Source of the DNA: a virus
Reading direction: 5' to 3' (one strand)
UHGV virus genome: UHGV-0377591
Length of the DNA: 44,209 nucleotides
A model generated the notes under the pieces. The model was not told the origin of the DNA, ran no database searches, and saw only the letters and a list, made by a program, of their open reading frames with translations. The translations under genes were made by a program, and so were the position numbers. The first letter of the stretch is position 1. Every line of letters begins with the position of its first letter. Positions 35,302-42,012 of the stretch are shown one piece after another.

Positions 35302-35484
35302 TCACCCCACTATCTCATCACCAAGCCACGCCGTTTCTCGTATATCGTCGACCACACAGGCGGCGTGCTCCCGGCTGATTGCAAAAATGTAGAAGCTGAA
35401 CTTCTTCCCGTCGGCGTCGATGTGGTTAACCGAGTAGGGTTTCCATAGGACGCCATCAATAACTACCGGTTCAGGCGCTTTCAT
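35302..35484 (-). CDS. Hypothetical protein, 60 aa
   Basis: Start moved to ATG 35484 (GGGTGG upstream); the track start is TTG. Confidence 0.45.
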   Translation of the reverse strand: MKAPEPVVIDGVLWKPYSVNHIDADGKKFSFYIFAISREHAACVVDDIRETAWLGDEIVG

Positions 35485-35749
35485 CTGGCGACCACCCAAG
35501 GCCACTAAGCATGTTAGTAATCTCCGACTCAAGCCGTTGGCCTAACTCTGATTTAGTGCAATGCTCTGACCATTCTCCTGACTCCAGCAAGCCGAGCATA
35601 TTTTCTATGTCCGCCGTGAGTGCGAGTAACAACTTAAACGCCTCCAGTTGAAATTCACCGTTAATCGACAGTTGCCCGCCTAACGTCTGTTTCTCTGACT
35701 CAAGAACCTGAATACGGCGTTCGAGCGATGCGATTGTGATTTTAGGCAT
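35471..35749 (-). CDS. Hypothetical coiled-coil protein, 92 aa
   Basis: Start moved to ATG 35749 (AGGGTG upstream). Confidence 0.5.
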   Translation of the reverse strand: MPKITIASLERRIQVLESEKQTLGGQLSINGEFQLEAFKLLLALTADIENMLGLLESGEWSEHCTKSELGQRLESEITNMLSGLGWSPDESA

Positions 35750-35915
35750 TGGTATCACCCTTGTTCAGGTTGAAACGGTTGATAAGTTCGCGGCGGTGCT
35801 CTTGCCACTCTGCGAGTTGTTTTTCCAGGTGTTCGATCATCTCGTCCGCGCCTTTAAGCCACGCTTGCCCGGTCGCAGATTCGACGCATGCTTTTTCATA
35901 TTCGTTGTTAGTCAT
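35742..35915 (-). CDS. Hypothetical small protein, 57 aa (not in the ORF track)
   Basis: Manual translation MTNNEYEKACVESATGQAWLKGADEMIEHLEKQLAEWQEHRRELINRFNLNKGDTNA. Confidence 0.35.
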   Translation of the reverse strand: MTNNEYEKACVESATGQAWLKGADEMIEHLEKQLAEWQEHRRELINRFNLNKGDTNA

Positions 35916-36060
35916 TCTTTACGCTCTCCCCACATGCGATTTAGATACTTGTCCGGCCCCGGGAAACTGTTACGTTTCATCAGTTCCTCGCGTGTCGGGA
36001 ACGGGGTGTGACTGACTTTACGTCCTACACGTAATGGCTTGCTGGACCTTGTTCGCTCAT

Positions 36061-36086
36061 TTCTTCTCTCCTGCATAAGCTGCTTT
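36061..36086. repeat. 26-bp exact direct repeat TTCTTCTCTCCTGCATAAGCTGCTTT, second copy at 36323-36348
   Basis: Identical strings at both sites; each spans the end of an MKITDT-type small ORF. Confidence 0.85.
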
Positions 36087-36124
36087 CAGTTGCTTGTTTT
36101 TGAAGGCTTTGGTATCTGTGATTT

Positions 36125-36322
36125 TCATTCGTAGCCCTCAAACTTACGTAAATCGCCTTTAGTGATATACTTACGGCGGGCCAATATCGTGTCCACGTCA
36201 TAATCCATTAGTGCGCCCGTTTCTTCCCCATCTGGCGTCATACTCGGCCCGTAAACAGAGAGACCCATCTCATTAAGGTATGTCATGAACTTCTCTACCG
36301 TTTTCTTCTGGTAACGCTTCAT
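36125..36322 (-). CDS. Hypothetical protein, 65 aa
   Basis: ORF track; ATGA coupling on both sides. Confidence 0.5.
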   Translation of the reverse strand: MKRYQKKTVEKFMTYLNEMGLSVYGPSMTPDGEETGALMDYDVDTILARRKYITKGDLRKFEGYE

Positions 36323-36468
36323 TTCTTCTCTCCTGCATAAGCTGCTTTAAGTGCCTTCATCGCCGCGGTCCAGAACGCGTCCGCTGGAATATTGCTGCTC
36401 AGGTTACTTACGGCGATACGTGCCATCAGTTGTGCGTCTTCGAATGCTTCGGTGTCTGTGATTTTCAT
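36319..36468 (-). CDS. Hypothetical small protein, 49 aa (not in the ORF track); a truncated 23-aa copy lies at 36057-36128
   Basis: Manual translation MKITDTEAFEDAQLMARIAVSNLSSNIPADAFWTAAMKALKAAYAGEKK; the short copy reads MKITDTKAFKNKQLKAAYAGEKK. Confidence 0.35.
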   Translation of the reverse strand: MKITDTEAFEDAQLMARIAVSNLSSNIPADAFWTAAMKALKAAYAGEKK

Positions 36469-36473
36469 ATTCA

Positions 36474-36686
36474 TTATCCCGCGTTGAAGGAGCCAAGTAC
36501 GATTCCGCTTTCTTTCGGTTTCTTGATTTCGGTAACTTTTACGTCATCGTTGAAGTTATTCATGGTTATTGGGTCGTCCTTAGCGCGAACCAGGCACAAG
36601 GCTTCTTCTGGCGACTTAGCCCACACCACAAAAGAATCGTATTGGTCGTAATCACACCAGCTGGCTTCTACTAAATATAATTTCAT
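36474..36686 (-). CDS. Hypothetical protein, 70 aa
   Basis: ORF track; GGAG ribosome-binding site; TTGACT-17-TATATT promoter-like sequence on the minus strand at 36720-36748. Confidence 0.5.
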   Translation of the reverse strand: MKLYLVEASWCDYDQYDSFVVWAKSPEEALCLVRAKDDPITMNNFNDDVKVTEIKKPKESGIVLGSFNAG

Positions 36687-36769
36687 CTTCTCTACTCCGT
36701 TCTCGTTGTCGATGGAGTAAATATAGTAGGGTCGCAGGTAATAGTCAACTAGTCATTGCAGAAAATAGA

Positions 36770-36803
36770 TAAAAAAAAATCCCGGCTGGGTCAGGGCCGG
36801 GAT
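36770..36803 (-). terminator. Strong rho-independent terminator after the endolysin gene
   Basis: Stem ATCCCGGC/GCCGGGAT with a 9-nt loop, followed on the minus strand by T9. Confidence 0.85.
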
Positions 36804-36867
36804 AAAACTGGAGAGCAGAGGGATGGAACAGGAGGTGATTTAAGTATCGTCGGATTAGTCTTAGGTG

Positions 36868-37365
36868 TTAACCTTTCACCGCTCGCCCGATAGCCTCCGC
36901 CTCCTGCCACGGCTTACCATCGAACAGCGCCAGACGACCAGCGGTACGGCGCCGGAGACCAAGCAGTTTCCTGCCTTTCTGGTAGACAAACTGACCCATA
37001 ATCCGACGGCACTCCGCTACATTTCCCAGGCGCACCGCGTCATCGAAGTCGGCTAGCTGGTTATCTTTCTCTATAACCCCTGTACCCACGTTGAAACAAA
37101 GGTCACAAATTGCGTCGAACTGCGCTTGATTGAATATCGGGTGCACTAATTCGTCGGCTTTCCTGACGGCCCTAGCCATATCGCGATTAAGTAGCAGGAG
37201 GCCTTGTCCGGGAGTGATGGTCTTGCCCGGTGTTACGTCCGGTCCGTAGTGGCCGTAGCCTATCGTCAGGTACTTCTCGTTTGACGTAGCACGATACGCA
37301 GTTCCGCGGAATCCCTCGAACGCGGCGGTGAAATGCAGTCCATTATCTGAAATGTTTCGAGACAC
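36868..37365 (-). CDS. Endolysin, GH24 (T4-lysozyme-type) muramidase
   Basis: Start moved to GTG 37365 (GGAGGA upstream). Catalytic signature FEGFRGTAYRATSNEKYLTIGYGH. Confidence 0.8.
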   Translation of the reverse strand: MSRNISDNGLHFTAAFEGFRGTAYRATSNEKYLTIGYGHYGPDVTPGKTITPGQGLLLLNRDMARAVRKADELVHPIFNQAQFDAICDLCFNVGTGVIEKDNQLADFDDAVRLGNVAECRRIMGQFVYQKGRKLLGLRRRTAGRLALFDGKPWQEAEAIGRAVKG

Positions 37366-37615
37366 GCTTATGTCCTCCGTATGACAGCCACGCCTGTCGA
37401 ATCTGACGCAGCGCAACTAATGTGATTAACGTCTCTGGCAGCGTTGGTGACATGCTGCCCTGTAACAGGTGGATACATCCGGCGGCGCAGACGATAGCAG
37501 TCAGGATATAGAGCACCCGGCCGAACAGCCCGTCGTCAACGCTGGGGTGATACACATTAAACAGCGATGTACCCCCGATTGCCAGCATACCGCCGAACCA
37601 GAATAACTCATTCAT
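37343..37615 (-). CDS. Two-transmembrane lysis-cassette protein (antiholin or second holin)
   Basis: Start moved to ATG 37615 (ATGA overlap with the holin stop); transmembrane segments LFWFGGMLAIGGTSLF and VLYILTAIVCAAGCIHLL. Confidence 0.45.
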   Translation of the reverse strand: MNELFWFGGMLAIGGTSLFNVYHPSVDDGLFGRVLYILTAIVCAAGCIHLLQGSMSPTLPETLITLVALRQIRQAWLSYGGHKRVSKHFR

Positions 37616-37916
37616 CCGGGCCCCCTCGACGTGCGATGTATTCTCCGGCAACGATACCGGAGAGACGGGAATAAATAGGCATCCAGAGAACGGCGATGAT
37701 AAAGCCCAGGCCAGCTATCTCGCGCTCCCCGGTAATACCGAACCATTGGGCTGCGAGAGGTGCACCAAATACGGCGCAGGTGAAGCCAGTTACGATAAAG
37801 AAGAAGCCGTCGATAGGGCCGGAAATAACGGACTTATGTTGTCGTAGTCCGATGACCCCTCCGGCGAGTGCGGCAGCCAGAAGCCAGCCTGTCACTGTTT
37901 CAGTAAATTTATCCAA
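37608..37916 (-). CDS. Holin (three predicted transmembrane segments)
   Basis: Hydrophobic segments WLLAAALAGGVIGL, FFFIVTGFTCAVFGAPLAA and LGFIIAVLWMPIY; first gene of the lysis cassette. Confidence 0.6.
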   Translation of the reverse strand: MDKFTETVTGWLLAAALAGGVIGLRQHKSVISGPIDGFFFIVTGFTCAVFGAPLAAQWFGITGEREIAGLGFIIAVLWMPIYSRLSGIVAGEYIARRGGPDE

Positions 37917-37975
37917 GATGAATCCTCCAGGTGCGTATTAAGTATGCAGTAACTGGAGGATACCACGGGTAGGAA

Positions 37976-38416
37976 TTATCCTAATAGTTGTTTGGTAATA
38001 ATCTTGCCGCCGTTGTTGGTGTCGAACTTCGATGCAACGGCTACGCCACCATGTGCCGAATACTCACATTCCATGGCCGCTAGTGCATAGGGTGCGCCAG
38101 ACCCAACGGCGGCAAAGCTATCGGCAACAGGAATAACAGAACTTAGTGCGCAATCCCATGATTTATAAAACGCGACTTTATACACCTTTTCTGTGTCTTT
38201 CACAAACACCAGGGCTTCGAAATCGAAGTCATAGTGCTTAGGCACTAAAATTCCCCGGTCACCAACGAGAATATCCCCTACCCCAGCATCGCCAGCGACC
38301 CCAATGACAGCGAAATAATTCTCGTATATCTTGGTATCTGTGTTGTAGCAGTTACTTCCGCACACAACACGGGTGTCACAGGCCATCGTCTTTCCGTCGA
38401 ACGCGATAGTAGTCAT
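37976..38416 (-). CDS. HslV / proteasome-beta-like N-terminal nucleophile hydrolase, 146 aa
   Basis: Thr right after the start Met (MTTIAFDG); AVIGVAGDAGVGD and AAVGSGAPYALAA blocks parallel bacterial HslV as recalled; GGAG ribosome-binding site. Confidence 0.6.
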   Translation of the reverse strand: MTTIAFDGKTMACDTRVVCGSNCYNTDTKIYENYFAVIGVAGDAGVGDILVGDRGILVPKHYDFDFEALVFVKDTEKVYKVAFYKSWDCALSSVIPVADSFAAVGSGAPYALAAMECEYSAHGGVAVASKFDTNNGGKIITKQLLG

Positions 38417-38706
38417 TTGCGTCTCCAGATGTATTGTCGTCTCTGCGGTTTCGTCGGAATATCATCGTATCCCAGCGATTTCCAGTAATTAAATAGCCGA
38501 TTAGCGATAGCGGCGCGCTCCTTTGTTTTAAACTCACCGAGATTCACGGCCTTCCCGTTCTGGAATCCACAGGCGCGGACCGCTTTGCGTCTGGCCTGAA
38601 TCTCAGGGTACATCGCGTTACCCCGACGCTTGTATATCCGGGTGTTCGCTCTCGGCGACAGCGGCGCAAGGCCGCTTCGTTCCAGGATGTCAGTTGCGAG
38701 GCTCAT
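38413..38706 (-). CDS. Hypothetical basic protein, 97 aa
   Basis: Start moved to ATG 38706 (ATGA coupling; the track start is TTG). Confidence 0.45.
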   Translation of the reverse strand: MSLATDILERSGLAPLSPRANTRIYKRRGNAMYPEIQARRKAVRACGFQNGKAVNLGEFKTKERAAIANRLFNYWKSLGYDDIPTKPQRRQYIWRRK

Positions 38707-38897
38707 ATTCCGAGAATCTCGCGGGCCATTTCTTCTGTAACTTTCGAACAAGGTGCGTACATTACCTGTTCGGCGAATTCACGTAACTTTGCTTCAAGTT
38801 TCAGATAAGCGTCGTATTCTACATAATCGCCGTATGCATACTCAGCCATCTCAGGCTCTGGCAGACCCCACGCTTTTACCTCATATCTCTGCACCAT
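38703..38897 (-). CDS. Small hypothetical protein (paralog A), 64 aa
   Basis: Start moved to ATG 38897 (TGATG coupling). Shares YVEYDAYLKLEAKLREF with paralog B. Confidence 0.5.
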   Translation of the reverse strand: MVQRYEVKAWGLPEPEMAEYAYGDYVEYDAYLKLEAKLREFAEQVMYAPCSKVTEEMAREILGI

Positions 38898-39079
38898 CAA
38901 TCCACCCCTTCCACATGTGTAACCGACCCACAGTTCGCGCACTCGACGTAATCCGGAAACTGGTCTTTGTATTTCTGTAACTCGGCTTCGAGTTTCGCGT
39001 AGTCTTCATAACTTACGTACTCCCCGTTTACTTTGCTATCGAAGTGGCCATCTTCATAAAAGCCTTTGCGAACAGCCAT
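38897..39079 (-). CDS. Small hypothetical protein (paralog B) with C-terminal CxxC, 60 aa
   Basis: ORF track; YVSYEDYAKLEAELQKY; ends ECANCGSVTHVEGVD. Confidence 0.5.
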   Translation of the reverse strand: MAVRKGFYEDGHFDSKVNGEYVSYEDYAKLEAELQKYKDQFPDYVECANCGSVTHVEGVD

Positions 39080-39081
39080 AA

Positions 39082-39285
39082 TTATCTCTCCTGTTTACCA
39101 AGTCGCTTAGGTGAGCAGATAGCGCGTACCTCTGAATCGTTGGGCTTGTCGCCCTGAAACAGGAAGTGCGCGTTCTCTGCGGCGCGTGCCGCTGACTGGC
39201 ACGCCTCCATCGAGTAAAACGTTTCTGATGCCGCCAGTTGCATCTGGCCTGCGGTAAGTGTCCAGATAAATAAGATGCTGGTCAT
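39082..39285 (-). CDS. Small protein with N-terminal hydrophobic segment, 67 aa
   Basis: Start moved to ATG 39285 (ATGA coupling); begins MTSILFIWTLTAGQMQLAAS. Confidence 0.45.
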   Translation of the reverse strand: MTSILFIWTLTAGQMQLAASETFYSMEACQSAARAAENAHFLFQGDKPNDSEVRAICSPKRLGKQER

Positions 39286-39620
39286 TTCTTTAGTCCGCAT
39301 ATTCTGCACATCATTGCGGAAGGTGACTTACGACTCCCAACGAATCGCCAGTGATGGGAACATTCCGACGTATCCCCCTTGCAGCAACCAGATTGCTCGG
39401 ACACTTGCGCGCACTTGCGGATAAGTTTGTACGCCTCCACGTCACCTGTAGCCAACGCCTTATGCAACTCCTTAATATGTTCTGACGCATCACGTAACTG
39501 ATTCTTGAGTGACAACACCTCGTGCGCCAGGTCTTCGCACTGTTGCTTGTACGGGCTGTTGTTCACCTGCTGCCGTAGTTGGTCGATCAGGTACTCGAAT
39601 ACTTCGTTTTTGTTACTCAT
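39282..39620 (-). CDS. Hypothetical protein with Cys-rich C-terminus, 112 aa
   Basis: ORF track; C-terminal CCKGDTSECSHH…CRIC. Confidence 0.5.
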   Translation of the reverse strand: MSNKNEVFEYLIDQLRQQVNNSPYKQQCEDLAHEVLSLKNQLRDASEHIKELHKALATGDVEAYKLIRKCAQVSEQSGCCKGDTSECSHHWRFVGSRKSPSAMMCRICGLKK

Positions 39621-39763
39621 CAGCTACCTCCAGTTCGCCGTAAACATGCTCGTTGTCGCCGCTGCATACACTGCAAACTCGCAACTCAGCATAAAGCTGT
39701 TCCAGTTTCTCAACCGTCAGATACTTATACATCTTCCGTCTCTCCTCTCGTTTGTGTAAATGA

Positions 39764-39792
39764 ATAGTAGCCTATTCTATCTTAATGTGCAA
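39764..39792 (-). promoter_or_regulatory. Class II promoter (leftward) with operator palindrome
   Basis: Minus strand TTGCAC, 17-bp spacer, TACTAT; plus-strand AATAG-TAGC-CTATT at 39763-39776. Confidence 0.5.
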
Positions 39793-40024
39793 GTAAATTT
39801 TATTGGTGTTTTAAAGATAATCGTTCACTGCGAATCCAGTAGTACCTCGGGCGTCGTACCCACTGACGCCATCGCATAACACGGTACTTGTTGCCGTCTG
39901 ACACAACAATAAGCCCGAATCGCTTTTCTCCGTTTCTACCGTCCAGGTTACGATGTCATTCGGTTTCATTGTTGCATCTCCTGCAATAGTCGCTTCGATT
40001 GTTGCGTTTGGTGAAATAGAACAA

Positions 40025-40060
40025 AAATGAGAAAAATGATACGCTGCTGTGTAGCAGCGT
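40025..40060 (-). terminator. Rho-independent terminator
   Basis: Perfect 8-bp stem ACGCTGCT-GTGT-AGCAGCGT (40041-40060) followed on the minus strand by a T-rich run. Confidence 0.6.
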
Positions 40061-40106
40061 AAGTCACTCAGTAAAATCTTAAACTATTGACCTGTTACAC
40101 CACCTG

Positions 40107-40319
40107 TTACACCAGCGATGGCGTCTTAGGCAGCGGCATCCAGTGGGTTACATCTTCAAGGGTATTTCCGGATAAATACGTGAAACCTCTATATTTCTTA
40201 TAATCGATTGGGCTTACAACCCAGTTCCAATATGCTGCCACGATTTCACCTTGACTAAATGCAAGTAACATTTGCGTATATTCCGGCATCCGCCCACTAC
40301 ACTTAATCCACTCGCCCAT
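40107..40319 (-). CDS. DUF551-like phage protein, 70 aa
   Basis: N-terminal EWIKCSGRMPE and C-terminal VTHWMPLPKTP match the family hallmarks as recalled. Confidence 0.55.
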   Translation of the reverse strand: MGEWIKCSGRMPEYTQMLLAFSQGEIVAAYWNWVVSPIDYKKYRGFTYLSGNTLEDVTHWMPLPKTPSLV

Positions 40320-40322
40320 ATC

Positions 40323-40514
40323 TCACTTCTGATTCGCTATAAACAACACACCAGCTTTCCACGCCCGCCACGCGAGACGCGTCTTAACGTTCAGGTACTC
40401 TTTCTTAGAGCCCTTGTTAACAGGCAGACCCTCGACGACGGCCCACCGTTCAAATGCTTCTCTCATAACTAATAACTCCGATAACTTTAGATTTCTCGCG
40501 CCTGGCGCAACCAT
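40323..40514 (-). CDS. Hypothetical protein
   Basis: ORF track; start uncertain. Confidence 0.4.
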   Translation of the reverse strand: MVAPGARNLKLSELLVMREAFERWAVVEGLPVNKGSKKEYLNVKTRLAWRAWKAGVLFIANQK

Positions 40515-40705
40515 GTTCTATGTAGTAGCGCGCCTGCTTGACGCTTTCGCAACGCGTCAGAGTAACCCACCAGAAAAAAGCCAACGCGAACCTGCACGGC
40601 AGGTGTAATTCGTTTCTCACCGAAGGCGGTAACCCACTCTTCGCTAACTATGCGGTATTTACTTAACACGGCAACCTCCCTGGGAGTCGTCGGCACGAGC
40701 ATCAT
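40487..40705 (-). CDS. Hypothetical protein
   Basis: ORF track; overlaps both neighbours, start uncertain. Confidence 0.4.
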   Translation of the reverse strand: MMLVPTTPREVAVLSKYRIVSEEWVTAFGEKRITPAVQVRVGFFLVGYSDALRKRQAGALLHRTWLRQAREI

Positions 40706-40868
40706 GATTCGATGCCGTTCGTATTGCTCGTAAACTATTTAACATTCTCTCACTAGTAGATGTAATAACCGTTATACCATCCACCAGGTGGATCTCGTAA
40801 CGTTCGGCTACGAAGTATATTTCCTCGAATTCATGATGTTTCAGTTCTTCAAATAATTCTTCCATCAC
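40659..40868 (-). CDS. Hypothetical acidic protein
   Basis: ORF track; start uncertain. Confidence 0.4.
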   Translation of the reverse strand: MMEELFEELKHHEFEEIYFVAERYEIHLVDGITVITSTSERMLNSLRAIRTASNHDARADDSQGGCRVK

Positions 40869-41056
40869 TTCGCCCCTTTGAATTTAAAATTGTTGCCGAT
40901 GAGTTCTAAATCTCCCCCAGGCATGCGTATTACCGAGTTTACTCCTCCCACATTTTGCACAATCACGATGTACTCCCCTGGAAATAAATCAGATTTTAAT
41001 TCAATTATGCCGTGGCTACCGTCGGCACATTTCACCAACTGACCCTCCTTAAACAT
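40865..41056 (-). CDS. Hypothetical protein, 63 aa; first gene of the leftward accessory operon
   Basis: ORF track; class II promoter about 35 nt upstream. Confidence 0.5.
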   Translation of the reverse strand: MFKEGQLVKCADGSHGIIELKSDLFPGEYIVIVQNVGGVNSVIRMPGGDLELIGNNFKFKGAK

Positions 41057-41090
41057 AACCCTAACTCCTCTGTCTCGTTTCGATAAGTGA

Positions 41091-41119
41091 ATAGTATCCT
41101 ATTATATTGGGGTGTGCAA
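41091..41119 (-). promoter_or_regulatory. Class II promoter (leftward) with operator palindrome
   Basis: Minus strand TTGCAC, 17-bp spacer, TACTAT; plus-strand AATAG-TATC-CTATT at 41090-41103; extra half-site GAATAGTT at 41122-41129. Confidence 0.55.
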
Positions 41120-41492
41120 GAGAATAGTTACGTTGCCGTTGTGATTCTTTAGGGAAGGTTGTGCCTTTATTCTTATTACTTGGTAACTAAAGGGCAGGCC
41201 TTAAGCCTGCCCAATAATCGTTACATTTTTACGGTTGCGAATCTACGGCACATTAAGAAAATCAGATACTTAAGATATATGCTGCCGATGAGAATAGAGC
41301 TTGCCCAAGGCAACCGGAGATACTAAGAAAGGAAAGTTACTATAATTCTCATGTTCAGTAAACTGCCGCCTAACACTTCGCGTTGGGCGCTCGTTTTCGG
41401 CGGGTTTTACAAGGTGAACAGGAATCAAAGTAACTAAGATATAGAAGCACCTTAAACGAAGATTTTCATAATGTCAATAGTTGAGATTATGT

Positions 41493-41521
41493 TTGATTTC
41501 CCATTATTCGCAATGTATACT
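41493..41521 (+). promoter_or_regulatory. Sigma70-like promoter for the rightward regulator/primase operon
   Basis: TTGATT (41493-41498), 17-bp spacer, TATACT (41516-41521); no operator palindrome. Confidence 0.5.
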
Positions 41522-41553
41522 TGGTTTCGTTAACTGATGATGAGGGGTTGAGA

Positions 41554-41724
41554 ATGACACAGAATGAAGTAGCTGAGCGTATTGGGGTTACTCGCCGCAC
41601 GCTTAATAACTGGTTAAAGAGTGGGAAGTTCCCGGATTGTTGTATCCGCATTATGGGCCGCCGGCAGCCGGGTACGTTTGACCCGGAGAAAGTGGAAGCG
41701 TGGATTAAGGAGAACGTGAAATGA
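41554..41724 (+). CDS. Small HTH DNA-binding protein (AlpA/excisionase-like fold), 56 aa
   Basis: Start moved to ATG 41554 (GAGGGG upstream). MTQNEVAERIGVTRRTLNNWLKSGKFP. Confidence 0.6.
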   Translation: MTQNEVAERIGVTRRTLNNWLKSGKFPDCCIRIMGRRQPGTFDPEKVEAWIKENVK

Positions 41725-41954
41725 CCGAATTTCAGTCGCGCGTATTTACGGCAGTCGTTTCCTTAACACGTAAAAAAGGGTCGTGCAGCGTTATCGACTT
41801 GCGCCGCAGTTATTTTACGTACTATAGTTCTGCCATTATTGAAGGGTCGTTGAAAGTGCTGGTTAAATCCGGTGTCGTGAAAAACGTTGGCGGGAAATAT
41901 AGCGCTGTTGCTGAAGTTCGCGGAATGATCGCTACTTTAGAAGACCTGGAATAA
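41721..41954 (+). CDS. Hypothetical protein, 77 aa
   Basis: ORF track; ATGA coupling. Confidence 0.55.
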   Translation: MTEFQSRVFTAVVSLTRKKGSCSVIDLRRSYFTYYSSAIIEGSLKVLVKSGVVKNVGGKYSAVAEVRGMIATLEDLE

Positions 41955-42012
41955 AAGAAAGCCCCGACGCGGTGAACGCCGAGGCCAAATTACTTGCTGA
42001 AGGAAATACAAC

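Noticed and set aside
37976-38416. HslV-like protein as the missing prohead protease
   Set aside because: It lies in the accessory/lysis block on a separate transcription unit far from the portal, scaffold and capsid genes, and the head module resembles scaffold-dependent systems that need no protease.
41130-41520. tRNA gene in the long AT-rich intergenic region
   Set aside because: No cloverleaf with a GTTC-type T-loop or paired acceptor stem could be found by eye; only GC hairpins and direct repeats.
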